Shown: piece after piece, positions 1 through 8,917 of the stretch
Layout of the letters: the number at the start of each line of letters is the position of its first letter
Numbering within the stretch: position 1 is the stretch's first letter
From: Candidatus Yanofskybacteria bacterium RIFCSPHIGHO2_01_FULL_44_24
GTDB taxonomy: Bacteria > Patescibacteriota > Minisyncoccia > 2-02-FULL-40-12 > GWA2-44-9
Length of the DNA stretch: 46,011 nucleotides
Assembly (NCBI GenBank): GCA_001794215.1
Contig: MGJK01000003.1
Coordinates: 1-46,011, forward strand
Reading direction: 5' to 3'
The notes under the pieces: generated by a model
What the model saw: the letters and a program-made list of their open reading frames with translations, nothing else
What the model was told of the DNA's origin: nothing
Database searches by the model: none
Made by a program: the position numbers and the translations under genes

Positions 1-15
1 CCTGAATATTTGGAA

Positions 16-115
16 GGCAGAACCCCAAAAAGAAAAATGTCCTTTCCATTTTCAGAAAAAATCGGGCGCGCGCAAATCCGAAAAGCGAGGAACATTTTTT
101 CTTTTTGGGGTTGCC
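16..115. repeat. Long imperfect palindrome with AACCCC...GGGGTT termini
   Basis: ggcagaaccccaaaaagaaaaatgtcct (16-43) is nearly the reverse complement of aggaacattttttctttttggggttgcc (88-115). Confidence 0.8.
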
Positions 116-249
116 GAGTGAAGCGAGGCGGTGGCGGGGCTTTCGTGGAGCGTACGGCTTAATTTAGAGCCACCACGCGCTTCGCGCGTGCGACACATCA
201 TTTGTTTTGAAAATAGGTTCTAACTTGGTACAATAGAGACACCATTATC

Positions 250-1683
250 ATGGAACTGCCTAAAGAAGTAAAAAACATATTAAACGCACTCGAAAAAGCA
301 GGTTTCGAGGGATTTATTGTGGGCGGGTGCGTCCGCGATTTATTGATGGGCAGAAAGCCTAAAGACTGGGATGTCACCACGAATGCTAAACCCGAAAAGA
401 TCCAGAAGATTTTTCCCGAGAACGTCTACGAGAACACATTCGGTACGGTTGGCGTAAAGACAGGCTCAGAAGATCCGGTTGTTTCCATCGTGGAAATAAC
501 GCCCTATCGTATTGAGGGTAAATATACCGATAAGCGCCACCCCGATGAAATCCGCTTCGCTGAAACTCTTAAAGATGACTTGTCGCGCCGGGATTTTACG
601 ATAAATTCCTTGGCCATGAATGAAAAAGGGGAGATAGTAGATTTATTCGGTGGCCAGAAAGACATCAAAAACTGTTTAGTCAGGACCGTAGGCAAACCGG
701 AAGAAAGATTTTCAGAAGATGCCCTGCGACTCTTAAGAGCCGCGAGATTCGCCTCGTCTTTGAATTTCGAACTGGAAAGTGAAACCAAAAAAGCCGTAAA
801 AGAGAAGTCGGAATGGCTGCGGGCAATATCTAAAGAAAGGATAAGGGACGAATTTATAAGAATAATTGAATCAGATAACGCCTACGAAGGCGTCCTCCTT
901 CTTGAAGAAAACGGACTTCTAAAATACATAGTTCCTGAATTGCGAGAGGGGATAGATGTGGGCCAGAACCTCCATCACATTTATACGGTCTGGGAACATA
1001 ACACCCGAGCCCTTAAATACGCGGCGGAAAAAAAATATTCATTAACAGTCCGGCTCGGGGCTTTATTTCACGACATAGGCAAACCAAGAACAAAAAGGGG
1101 AGACGGGAAATATTCCACTTTTTACGGCCACGATGTCGTAGGGGGAAGAATGACGGCTGAGATAATGGAGAGGCTGAAATTCCCCAAAGAATTAGCAGAA
1201 AAAATAATCAAGCTGGTCCGCTATCATTTGTTCTACTACAACGTCGGAGAAGTAACAGAATCTTCCGTTCGCAGATTATTGGTCAATGTCGGTCATGAAA
1301 ATATGGAAGATTTGATAAAAGTCCGTGAGGCAGACCGCATCGGTTCGGGCAGACCCAAAGCGGTGCCGTATAAGCTAAGGCATATGAAATATATTATCGA
1401 TAAAGTTTCGCACGATCCGATTTCGGCAAAAATGCTCAAGGTGAACGGAGAGGACGTCATGAAAGAGCTTAAGATAAAGCCCGGACCAAAAGTTGGCTTG
1501 ATCCTTAATTACCTTTTGGCTGAGGTTATAGACGACCCGGCCAAAAACAAAAAAGAGGACCTAAAAAAACGGATCCACGAACTTGATAAAAAGTCTCCGG
1601 AAGAACTTAAGAGGGCTTTAGAAAAGATAGAAAAAGCAGTCGAAGAAGAAGAAAAGGAAAGAATGAAAAAATATTATGTATAG
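250..1683 (+). CDS. cca: CCA tRNA nucleotidyltransferase (class II) with HD domain
   Basis: VGGCVRDLL, DWDVTT, RRDFTINS, EDALRLLRA, and HD motif FHDIGK. Four of the six tRNA genes here lack an encoded CCA. Confidence 0.92.
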   Translation: MELPKEVKNILNALEKAGFEGFIVGGCVRDLLMGRKPKDWDVTTNAKPEKIQKIFPENVYENTFGTVGVKTGSEDPVVSIVEITPYRIEGKYTDKRHPDEIRFAETLKDDLSRRDFTINSLAMNEKGEIVDLFGGQKDIKNCLVRTVGKPEERFSEDALRLLRAARFASSLNFELESETKKAVKEKSEWLRAISKERIRDEFIRIIESDNAYEGVLLLEENGLLKYIVPELREGIDVGQNLHHIYTVWEHNTRALKYAAEKKYSLTVRLGALFHDIGKPRTKRGDGKYSTFYGHDVVGGRMTAEIMERLKFPKELAEKIIKLVRYHLFYYNVGEVTESSVRRLLVNVGHENMEDLIKVREADRIGSGRPKAVPYKLRHMKYIIDKVSHDPISAKMLKVNGEDVMKELKIKPGPKVGLILNYLLAEVIDDPAKNKKEDLKKRIHELDKKSPEELKRALEKIEKAVEEEEKERMKKYYV

Positions 1684-1728
1684 TATGCCGCACCTTTATG
1701 ATATATCATAAAGGTTATTATATATATC

Positions 1729-2187
1729 ATGGCCCATATAAAAACTGCGATCATGAAAAAAATAAAAATTAAAAGATTCGATAAGGACTTCCCTCTGCCG
1801 GAGTACAAAACGGCGGGAGCGGTTGGTTTTGACTTGATCGCCAGGAAAAATACAAAAATAAAACCAGGCATGGTAGGATATGTCCCTCTGAATATTGCCT
1901 TGGAAACGCCCGATGATTGTGTTCTATTTATAGCCGCAAGGGGTTCAACCCATAAATTCGGAGTTTTACCTGTTCATGGCATAGGGATAGGAGACCCGGA
2001 CTTCAGGGGGGAAGGCGATGAATACAAGATACCCTTGCTCAACTTTACCAAGGAACCGGTCACAATAACCAAGGGGGCGAGAATTGCTCAGGGATTTTTT
2101 GTAAAATTCATAAAAGCAAGCTGGCAGGAAATTACAAAAATGAAATCAAAAACAAGAGGGGGCTTCGGGAGTACGGGACATAGATAA
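1729..2187 (+). CDS. dut: dUTP diphosphatase (trimeric)
   Basis: AVGFDL motif 1, DPDFRGE motif 3, RIAQ motif 4, RGGFGSTG motif 5. Confidence 0.9.
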   Translation: MAHIKTAIMKKIKIKRFDKDFPLPEYKTAGAVGFDLIARKNTKIKPGMVGYVPLNIALETPDDCVLFIAARGSTHKFGVLPVHGIGIGDPDFRGEGDEYKIPLLNFTKEPVTITKGARIAQGFFVKFIKASWQEITKMKSKTRGGFGSTGHR

Positions 2188-2203
2188 CCCTCACACTACA
2201 TAC

Positions 2204-2274
2204 CGGGATGGAGTATGCCGGTAGTACGCACGCTTCGGGTGCGTGAAGACCGAGTTCGATTCTCGGCATCCCGA
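2204..2274 (+). tRNA. tRNA-Pro(CGG)
   Basis: Acceptor CGGGATG/CATCCCG; anticodon arm CACGC-TTCGGGT-GCGTG; T arm CCGAG-TTCGATT-CTCGG; no encoded CCA. Confidence 0.92.
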
Positions 2275-2327
2275 CTGAACGAAGTGAAGGAGGTCCTGAG
2301 CCTATCAAAAGGCGAAGGACAAGACAT

Positions 2328-2360
2328 ATTCAAAAACAGGTTCGATGCCTGTTTTTGAAT
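2328..2360. terminator. Hairpin, possible terminator after tRNA-Pro
   Basis: 13 bp perfect inverted repeat attcaaaaacagg / cctgtttttgaat. Confidence 0.6.
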
Positions 2361-2383
2361 CAAGGCACATAACCTTGTCAGGA

Positions 2384-2417
2384 ATTAAAAGACACCGAAA
2401 AATCGGTGTCTTTTAAT
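2384..2417. terminator. Bidirectional intrinsic terminator
   Basis: attaaaagacaccga-aaaa-tcggtgtcttttaat between convergent transcription units. Confidence 0.75.
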
Positions 2418-2419
2418 AT

Positions 2420-3076
2420 TTATGTCGTCGGAGTTGGAGATGGTGACGGGCTAACAGATGGGGACGGACTTGGCGACGGTTTCGGTAAAGAGTTCATCGC
2501 TTTTCTCGCGTCAACTAATGCCCGATGAACATTCTTTATCTTGTCTCTGATCTCTTCGACAAGTTGTTTAACTTTTTTTAGAGCTTCTTTTGGTTCATTA
2601 TTATTTATGAGGCTCTCGACTTGAGCAGTTCCATCCTGAATCATCTTCGCGGTGTCATCGATCATTTTCACGGCATCATCAAGTTTCTTCTTGACTTCGG
2701 TAACGTCGACGCCTCGAGCGGCTAACTTATTAAGCTTCTTCCTGAGGTTATCAGCCAATCTTCTTTCGTTTCTGAGTAAAACCTCAAGTCGATGCATCAT
2801 TTTTCTCCAGAATTTTCTAACTTCTTCTTTTCTCTTTTCTAATCTCTTCGCCTCTCTTTCATCCTTTTTTTCTTCCTTCTTCTGATCTCTCTCTTCTTTT
2901 CTTTCTTCTTGTTTCTGTTTATTTTCCTGCTTTCTCTCAAGAGCTCTTTCCCTTGCAGTCGGCGAAGCCGACGGTGAGGGTGAGGGCGTCGGCGAAACCG
3001 TCTGAGCACTTACGGACAATCCCGACAAAAGAAATGCTGCCATTATGACGGCGGCTGTGTAATTGTGTTTTTTCAT
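2420..3076 (-). CDS. Secreted coiled-coil protein with Pro/Ser linkers
   Basis: Signal peptide (..VSA-Q), PSPSP tracts at both ends, K/E-rich helical core. Confidence 0.75.
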   Translation of the reverse strand: MKKHNYTAAVIMAAFLLSGLSVSAQTVSPTPSPSPSASPTARERALERKQENKQKQEERKEERDQKKEEKKDEREAKRLEKRKEEVRKFWRKMMHRLEVLLRNERRLADNLRKKLNKLAARGVDVTEVKKKLDDAVKMIDDTAKMIQDGTAQVESLINNNEPKEALKKVKQLVEEIRDKIKNVHRALVDARKAMNSLPKPSPSPSPSVSPSPSPTPTT

Positions 3077-3271
3077 TTAATTTTCTGACTATAGGCTTTT
3101 TCAGGAGTCTATGGTCAACGCTTTAATTTAACTAATTATACTAATAATCCTATAAAATAGCCAATTTCGACCTGATTAAAAGACGAAATGGGAAGATAAA
3201 TCTTACGTCCAAGCAGTACGACATAAATTAGCTAAATCGACTGATTTTTGATATTTTAACCAGGTAGAGAA

Positions 3272-3393
3272 GGGCCTATGGTTCAGTGGTAGAACACGGC
3301 CCCGCCCATAATACAGAGTCTTGGCGGGATTGCGATTTGTCACCAATCGCTTCGCTTTCGGACAAATCGGGAACATTCGCACCTGGCCCACCA
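3272..3393 (+). pseudogene. tRNA-like gene: intact 5' half and acceptor end, anticodon/T arms replaced by palindromes
   Basis: GGGCCTA-TG-GTTC-AGTGGTA-GAAC-A-CGGCC at the 5' end and GGCCC-ACCA at the 3' end; no anticodon-stem complement and no canonical T arm. Confidence 0.65.
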
Positions 3394-3408
3394 ATTACTT
3401 ATACTTGT

Positions 3409-3484
3409 GGGCCGTTAGCTCAACTGGTAGAGCGCTACATTCGCATTGTAGAGGTTACCGGTTCAAGTCCGGTACGGTCCACCA
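3409..3484 (+). tRNA. tRNA-Ala(CGC)
   Basis: Acceptor GGGCCGT/ACGGTCC with G3:U70; anticodon arm CTACA-TTCGCAT-TGTAG; T loop TTCAAGT; ends ACCA. Confidence 0.95.
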
Positions 3485-3507
3485 AAACGAATTTGAGAGC
3501 GTGGCAA

Positions 3508-6057
3508 CTATTTTATATCCTCGATCGTCAGGCCGAATTCCTGTCCCTTTTTTATACTCTTATCTAAAATCTTCTTGGCAATCGCATTCTCGATTCTGTC
3601 TTTGATGACCCTTTGCATCGGCCTCGCCCCGAATTGAGGATCAAATCCTATTTCGGAAATGTATCTGATAATATCTTCTGTCGGTTTGAATATGTAGCCT
3701 TTATTTTCGAGTTGCTTGGTCAGCGCCTCGATCAATATTCGGGCAATATCTCCGATCTGTTCTTTGGTTAACGGCCTGAATACGACTATCTCATCAAATC
3801 TGTTCAAAAATTCTGGACTGAAGTAATTCTGACGTATCAGTATATCCACAACCTTTTCTTTTTCCAAAGACGGGTCAAGGCCGCTTTTGACCATCTCTCT
3901 GATCTGTTCGGCGCCGGCATTGGATGTGGCGATGATGATATTCTGTTCAAAATTGACCTTCCTTCCGAAGACATCCGTAAGACGGGCTTCGTCAAAAACC
4001 TGCAAAAATATATTCAGAATATTCTTATGAGATTTTTCAATTTCATCGAGAAGAATCAGGGAAAAAGGATTATCTCTGACGGTGGAAACAAACTGGCCCG
4101 GCTCATTCGTTCTTAGATTTCCCAGAAAACGGTCCAAAGACTCAATATCCTGATATTCTGACATATCAAAACGGATCATCCTATCTACGGCTCCGTAATA
4201 GGTTGTGGCCAGTATTTTAGCGGTTAGCGTCTTTCCGACTCCGGTCGGACCAACAAATAAGAACACGCCGGCCGGCTTGCCTCTTTTCCCGAGTCCGGTT
4301 CTTAACCGCCTCATTGTTGAAGCAACCACCTCAACCGCCCGATCCTGGCCGACTAATTGCTTATGCATCAGACTCTCTAAGTTCTCTAATTTGGTTTTTT
4401 CTTCTTCGGCAATCGGACCAAGAGGAATTCCGGTTTTACGGCTGACTACCTCGTTAACATGCTGAGACATTAAAACCTTTTCTTTTTTATTCACCGCGTA
4501 AGAGACGGCCTCGGATAATAAGTCCACGGCTTTTTCCGGAAAAGGAGAGGTTCTGATATATTTATCGGCGCTCTCGATAATATTCTTAATCGCTCCATAG
4601 GTCACTATGATTCCTAATCTCGATTCGGTCTGAGGAACTATCTCCTCAAGTATTTTGAGGGTCTGATCAGAAGTGGCTTCGTCAACATCGATTCTTTCAA
4701 ATGCATTGGCTATCTCGGAACGATTCTCGATGAATTTATGGAAATTGGCCGAATTGGTGGTGGCAATAACCTGGATATGGGTCGATTTAAGGTACGGGAC
4801 GATAATCTCGGAAATATCCGCCCTCCCCATCCCCCCTATTTCACCGATAAAATTATGGAGGTCTTTTATGATCAAGATGATATTTCCTGAACGGGTGGCT
4901 TCGTTAAGCAGCTGGATTAAAATATTCTGTACGCCGGAAATATCCTTTGACGAAGACATCATCAGAGGAATGTTCAAATCAAATACTTTTTTATAATTAA
5001 GCTGGGGCAGAGCCCGTCCTTTGGCAATCAGGTCGACAAAATCAGCAATAAGCCTTTCTTTGCCGACGCCCTCCTCTCCGACAATAATGATATTGTTCTC
5101 TCCTGATCTGGCCAACACTTCTTCGATCTGACGTATTTCTTTATCCCGGCTCACTAATTTAAACGGCTGAAAAGATGTCTCCGATTGGTCGGTTAAGTTT
5201 TTAGCGAAAGAATTCAGGTAAGGGGAGTAGCCGTAAATCCACCCGCGCCCGATCGGAGCTTTGCGCACGAGATTCTCCAAAAGCCAGAATCGCCGGTTGT
5301 TCTGCCTGAAAGACCAGATATGCTCAAACCAGTTGGCTAACTCTTCCAAATCGTTGCGATCCAAGTCCTGAGCGAAGATGAGTTCTTTGAAATCGTTGTC
5401 ATGATCAAAAGCTGCAGCCAAAATATCGAGAACAGTTATTTTCTCTCCCCGATGGCTCGCCCTGATTTTGTCAGCTTCTTCAACTGTCCACCTAAGATCT
5501 TCCGAAATCGGCAAGTAAGCACTGATGTAATTGAAAGGAATATCTTTTCTTTCGTTGTCCGACAATTTGTTTTTAAACTCCTGTATGATTCCGGCATCGG
5601 GAATAATTCTGAAAATAATATCCCGGAAAAATTTATCGCCAAAAACGCGATAAAGAAAAGCCCGCAAGGGAATTGCACTATGTTTAGATAATCTTGCCGC
5701 CAAAGAAGCCTCGGACAGTATGCGGGCTGAATGATAATCAAGAATATCCGCCAAGTTATCTCCGGCTTCGGCCTTGGGATTCTTAAGGTGGTATTCGCCG
5801 AACAATTCGAAAAACAAGACCGCAAAGCCGATCGGCAGAAAGATCAGAGCAATCCCCAATAATCCATCGGGGTTGACCGAAGGCACGAAATTAAAGTTCG
5901 CTAAGATTGAAAAGAATTTCTTGATTCCCCAAAACCCAAGCGATACAAAACCGATCCCAAACAGTAATACGCGGTAAAGCTTCATAAGGCCGCCCGGAAA
6001 AATACGGTAAAAAACTACCGCGTCATAAATTGACGATTTGTTCGGATTAAAATCCAT
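3508..6057 (-). CDS. Membrane-anchored ClpA/ClpB-family AAA+ ATPase
   Basis: Two N-terminal hydrophobic segments; D1 GEEGVGKE; D2 GPTGVGKT, RFDMSEY, LLDEIEK, FSPEFLNRFD, FGARPMQR. Confidence 0.85.
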   Translation of the reverse strand: MDFNPNKSSIYDAVVFYRIFPGGLMKLYRVLLFGIGFVSLGFWGIKKFFSILANFNFVPSVNPDGLLGIALIFLPIGFAVLFFELFGEYHLKNPKAEAGDNLADILDYHSARILSEASLAARLSKHSAIPLRAFLYRVFGDKFFRDIIFRIIPDAGIIQEFKNKLSDNERKDIPFNYISAYLPISEDLRWTVEEADKIRASHRGEKITVLDILAAAFDHDNDFKELIFAQDLDRNDLEELANWFEHIWSFRQNNRRFWLLENLVRKAPIGRGWIYGYSPYLNSFAKNLTDQSETSFQPFKLVSRDKEIRQIEEVLARSGENNIIIVGEEGVGKERLIADFVDLIAKGRALPQLNYKKVFDLNIPLMMSSSKDISGVQNILIQLLNEATRSGNIILIIKDLHNFIGEIGGMGRADISEIIVPYLKSTHIQVIATTNSANFHKFIENRSEIANAFERIDVDEATSDQTLKILEEIVPQTESRLGIIVTYGAIKNIIESADKYIRTSPFPEKAVDLLSEAVSYAVNKKEKVLMSQHVNEVVSRKTGIPLGPIAEEEKTKLENLESLMHKQLVGQDRAVEVVASTMRRLRTGLGKRGKPAGVFLFVGPTGVGKTLTAKILATTYYGAVDRMIRFDMSEYQDIESLDRFLGNLRTNEPGQFVSTVRDNPFSLILLDEIEKSHKNILNIFLQVFDEARLTDVFGRKVNFEQNIIIATSNAGAEQIREMVKSGLDPSLEKEKVVDILIRQNYFSPEFLNRFDEIVVFRPLTKEQIGDIARILIEALTKQLENKGYIFKPTEDIIRYISEIGFDPQFGARPMQRVIKDRIENAIAKKILDKSIKKGQEFGLTIEDIK

Positions 6058-6442
6058 AGACGAGACTTAGTCCGCGGAAAATTAGATAAATAGCTAAAAC
6101 CGGCCATATTATCCACACCAGAAAAAGGGCAGTAAATCCTAAGGCTATAAATAACTGGGTTACAAGTCCGGCGATTATCACCGACAGCCTGATTGTGGCG
6201 GCAATCAGACGGATATAGATATCGGCTATAAAATCCAAGATCTTGTCTCCAAAATTTTTACTTCTTTTAGGGGCCAGCTGAGAAGGCTCCTGCCGATGCC
6301 AGGGAGCAAAAAGGGTTTTGAAATGTTGACCTATCAGAAACCTGTGCCAGAATGCCCGAAGATAGTTGGTCATAATAACCATGATTTGAAGGGGGGCTAT
6401 GGTAAAATGCCAATAAACGTATTTAATGAAGATGGTAGTCAT
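6047..6442 (-). CDS. Small membrane protein overlapping the start of the Clp ATPase gene
   Basis: 131 aa with a long hydrophobic C-terminal half; TGCTATAAT -10 box just upstream on the minus strand. Confidence 0.7.
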   Translation of the reverse strand: MTTIFIKYVYWHFTIAPLQIMVIMTNYLRAFWHRFLIGQHFKTLFAPWHRQEPSQLAPKRSKNFGDKILDFIADIYIRLIAATIRLSVIIAGLVTQLFIALGFTALFLVWIIWPVLAIYLIFRGLSLVYGF

Positions 6443-6483
6443 TTCTTATAAGTAATTATAGCAATTAAGCCTCGAACCACCAA

Positions 6484-8508
6484 TTGACTGATTCAATATT
6501 AGAAAAATTGAATGATAAGCAGATTGAAGCCGTTAAGATCGTAGACGGGCCGGTTTTGGTTATTTCCGGACCCGGTTCGGGCAAAACCCGCTGTCTGACC
6601 CACCGGATAGCCCACCTTATCTCTGCCGGCGTCAGACCGCAAAACATCCTTGCGGTAACTTTCACCAATAAGGCTACTGAAGAGATGCGAAACAGAGTTT
6701 CGCATCTCTTAAATTTCCAATTTCCAATTTCCCCCGGCCTCGCCTCGGCTTGGCCGAGGGCGGGCAATTTCCAATTTCCTTTGATTGGAACATTCCATTC
6801 TATCTGCGCAAGAATACTGAGAAACGAGATAGGGAGGTTGGGCTATAGCCGAAGTTTTAATATTTTCGACGACGATGATCAGTTGTCGTTAACTAAAAAA
6901 ATAATGGCCGAGCTTGAAATAGATACCCAGCGGTTCAACCCTCGCGGAGTAATGAACAAAATTTCAAGCTTGAAAACCGAGCTTAAATTTCCGGAAAATT
7001 ATGACGGTGAGGATTTTTACTCCCGAATGGTTGCAAAAATATATAAAAACTATCAGTCGCAGCTCCAAAAAATGAATGTCTTAGACTTTGACGATCTGAT
7101 AGTCCTGACGGTTAAGATATTTAAAAACTACCCCGAGGTTTTGGATCGATACCAGGAAATGTGGCGATATATCCTCGTCGATGAATACCAGGACACCAGC
7201 TACGATCAGTATGTCCTCATAAATCTTCTCGGACAAAAATACAGGAATCTTTTCTGCATCGGCGACGATGCCCAGTCGATATATCAGTTCAGGAGGGCCG
7301 ATATAAGAAATATATTAAATTTTGAAAGGGATTATCCGGAAGCCAAAATAATTATGCTTGAGCAGAATTACCGTTCCACGAAAAATATCTTAAATGCCGC
7401 CCAAGAAATTATTTCCAACAATAAGTCCCAGATACCGAAATCCCTTTGGACTGATAACAATTCGGGTCACAAAATAACAGTTAAGGAGTCGATAAACGAA
7501 AGAATGGAAGCCCAATTTATAGTTGAAGAGGTTGAGGATCTTGCCGCTCAAGGTTACAAGCTCCGCGATTTCGCTGTTTTATACAGAACCCACGCCCAAT
7601 CAAGGGCAATAGAGGAGGCCTTCGTGGCCAAGGGTTTTCCGTATCAAATAATCGGCGGCATAAAATTCTACCAGCGAAAAGAGATTAAAGATATTTTAGC
7701 TTACTTAAAATTCATCAATAACCCGAATGATATCGCAAGCTTTGAAAGAATATATAATATTCCGCCAAGAGGCTTAGGCAAGGGCGTATTTGAGAAAATA
7801 AGCCGACAAGACGAACCCAACCTCATAAAAGCCGTAGCTGCCTTATCGAAAGAGCCGGCTCCACCCCGGCAATCCAAAGCCATAGCCCAGTTTTTAAATC
7901 TCCTGAACGATCTGAGCGAGCTTAAGACGACTAAGAAACTCACTGACATAATCAAAGCCGTTGTAAAAAAGACTGGCTATGAAAACTATCTTATCAATCT
8001 TTCTCTATCCAAGTCGGACGATCATGAAACAAATGATGAAAGAATAGAAAACCTCAAAGAGCTTCTGACAGTTACAAAAAAATACGACTCCCTTGAGATG
8101 GGAGAGGGGGTAGAGAAATTCCTTGAAGAAATCGCTCTTCTCCAAGATACCGACAAGCTAAAAGACGGAGAGATCGACCAGAACAAACAGGGGAAGATAA
8201 CTCTTATGACCGCTCATGCATCCAAGGGTCTTGAATTCCCGGTGGTTTTTCTGGCCGGAATGGAAGAGGGCCTCTTTCCGCACAGCAGAACGCTTATTAA
8301 CCCCGTAGAGTTAGAGGAAGAGCGGCGCCTATGCTACGTTGCCGTAACTCGGGCCAAAGAAAGGCTTATTATAACTACCGCAAAGTACAGAAACATATTC
8401 GGGTCTACCCAGGTAAACCTGCTCTCAAGATTTGTAAATGAGATCCCGACTAAACTCGTCGACTACCAACAGATGAGCTGGAGCGATGATGAAACCATAT
8501 ACTACTAA
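6484..8508 (+). CDS. pcrA: UvrD/PcrA SF1 DNA helicase
   Basis: SGPGSGKT, TFTNKA, LVDEYQD, GDDAQSIY, QNYRST, HASKGLEF, EERRLCYVAVTRAK. Confidence 0.95.
   Translation: MTDSILEKLNDKQIEAVKIVDGPVLVISGPGSGKTRCLTHRIAHLISAGVRPQNILAVTFTNKATEEMRNRVSHLLNFQFPISPGLASAWPRAGNFQFPLIGTFHSICARILRNEIGRLGYSRSFNIFDDDDQLSLTKKIMAELEIDTQRFNPRGVMNKISSLKTELKFPENYDGEDFYSRMVAKIYKNYQSQLQKMNVLDFDDLIVLTVKIFKNYPEVLDRYQEMWRYILVDEYQDTSYDQYVLINLLGQKYRNLFCIGDDAQSIYQFRRADIRNILNFERDYPEAKIIMLEQNYRSTKNILNAAQEIISNNKSQIPKSLWTDNNSGHKITVKESINERMEAQFIVEEVEDLAAQGYKLRDFAVLYRTHAQSRAIEEAFVAKGFPYQIIGGIKFYQRKEIKDILAYLKFINNPNDIASFERIYNIPPRGLGKGVFEKISRQDEPNLIKAVAALSKEPAPPRQSKAIAQFLNLLNDLSELKTTKKLTDIIKAVVKKTGYENYLINLSLSKSDDHETNDERIENLKELLTVTKKYDSLEMGEGVEKFLEEIALLQDTDKLKDGEIDQNKQGKITLMTAHASKGLEFPVVFLAGMEEGLFPHSRTLINPVELEEERRLCYVAVTRAKERLIITTAKYRNIFGSTQVNLLSRFVNEIPTKLVDYQQMSWSDDETIYY
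6712..6779 (+). repeat. In-frame repeat/palindrome insert in pcrA
   Basis: (AATTTCC)x3, then a GC-rich hairpin, then (AATTTCC)x2; encodes NFQFPISPGLASAWPRAGNFQFP. Confidence 0.8.
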
Positions 8509-8554
8509 CTAAACTGGGGGTCGTTAGCGCGGTAGCGCAGTATTAAAAACCAAT

Positions 8555-8917
8555 ATGGAGAATAAAAATTCCTACAGAAATTTAATAGTCTGGCAAAGGG
8601 CAGTCGAGTTGGCCCTGGAGATTTATAATTTAACAGAGAAGTTCCCTAAATCAGAAATCTATGGCCTGACTTCTCAAATGAGAAGATCTGCCATTTCAAT
8701 ACCATCTAACATTGCCTAGGGGAGAAGACGAGGTTACGAAAAAGAGTTCATCCACTTTTTGTCGATAGCTTACGGTTCTGGCGCAGAATTAGAAACTCAA
8801 ATAGAAATATCGAGAAAACTACCCTTCTCTAAAGATTTGGATTATAAGAAGGTAGATAGATTGATAGACGAGACGATGAGAATGCTTAATGTATTAATTA
8901 ATAAATCAAAAAGCTAA
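8555..8917 (+). pseudogene. Four-helix-bundle protein (23S rRNA IVP-like) with an in-frame TAG
   Basis: Manual translation: MENKNSYRNLIVWQRAVELALEIYNLTEKFPKSEIYGLTSQMRRSAISIPSNIA*GRRRGYEKEFIHFLSIAYGSGAELETQ... The TAG at 8717-8719 replaces the Glu of the SNIAEG motif. Absent from the ORF track. Confidence 0.88.

Noticed and set aside
1729-2187. dUTPase motif 2 variant (ARGST rather than RSG) as a sign of new function
   Set aside because: The other motifs are intact and one variant motif is not enough to claim altered activity.
3272-3393. Intron-containing functional tRNA or tmRNA
   Set aside because: The 3' anticodon strand and T arm are missing; it is too short for a group I intron or tmRNA and has no tag ORF.
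3203-3605. Short ORFs 3203-3394, 3286-3567 and 3321-3605
   Set aside because: They overlap tRNA-Ala and the tRNA-like gene and show no protein features.
8555-8917. Stop-codon reassignment, or a DGR, suggested by the Avd-like gene
   Set aside because: TAG and TGA terminate many conserved genes here (cca, dut, rpmH, ruvC). No reverse transcriptase or TR/VR pair is visible.
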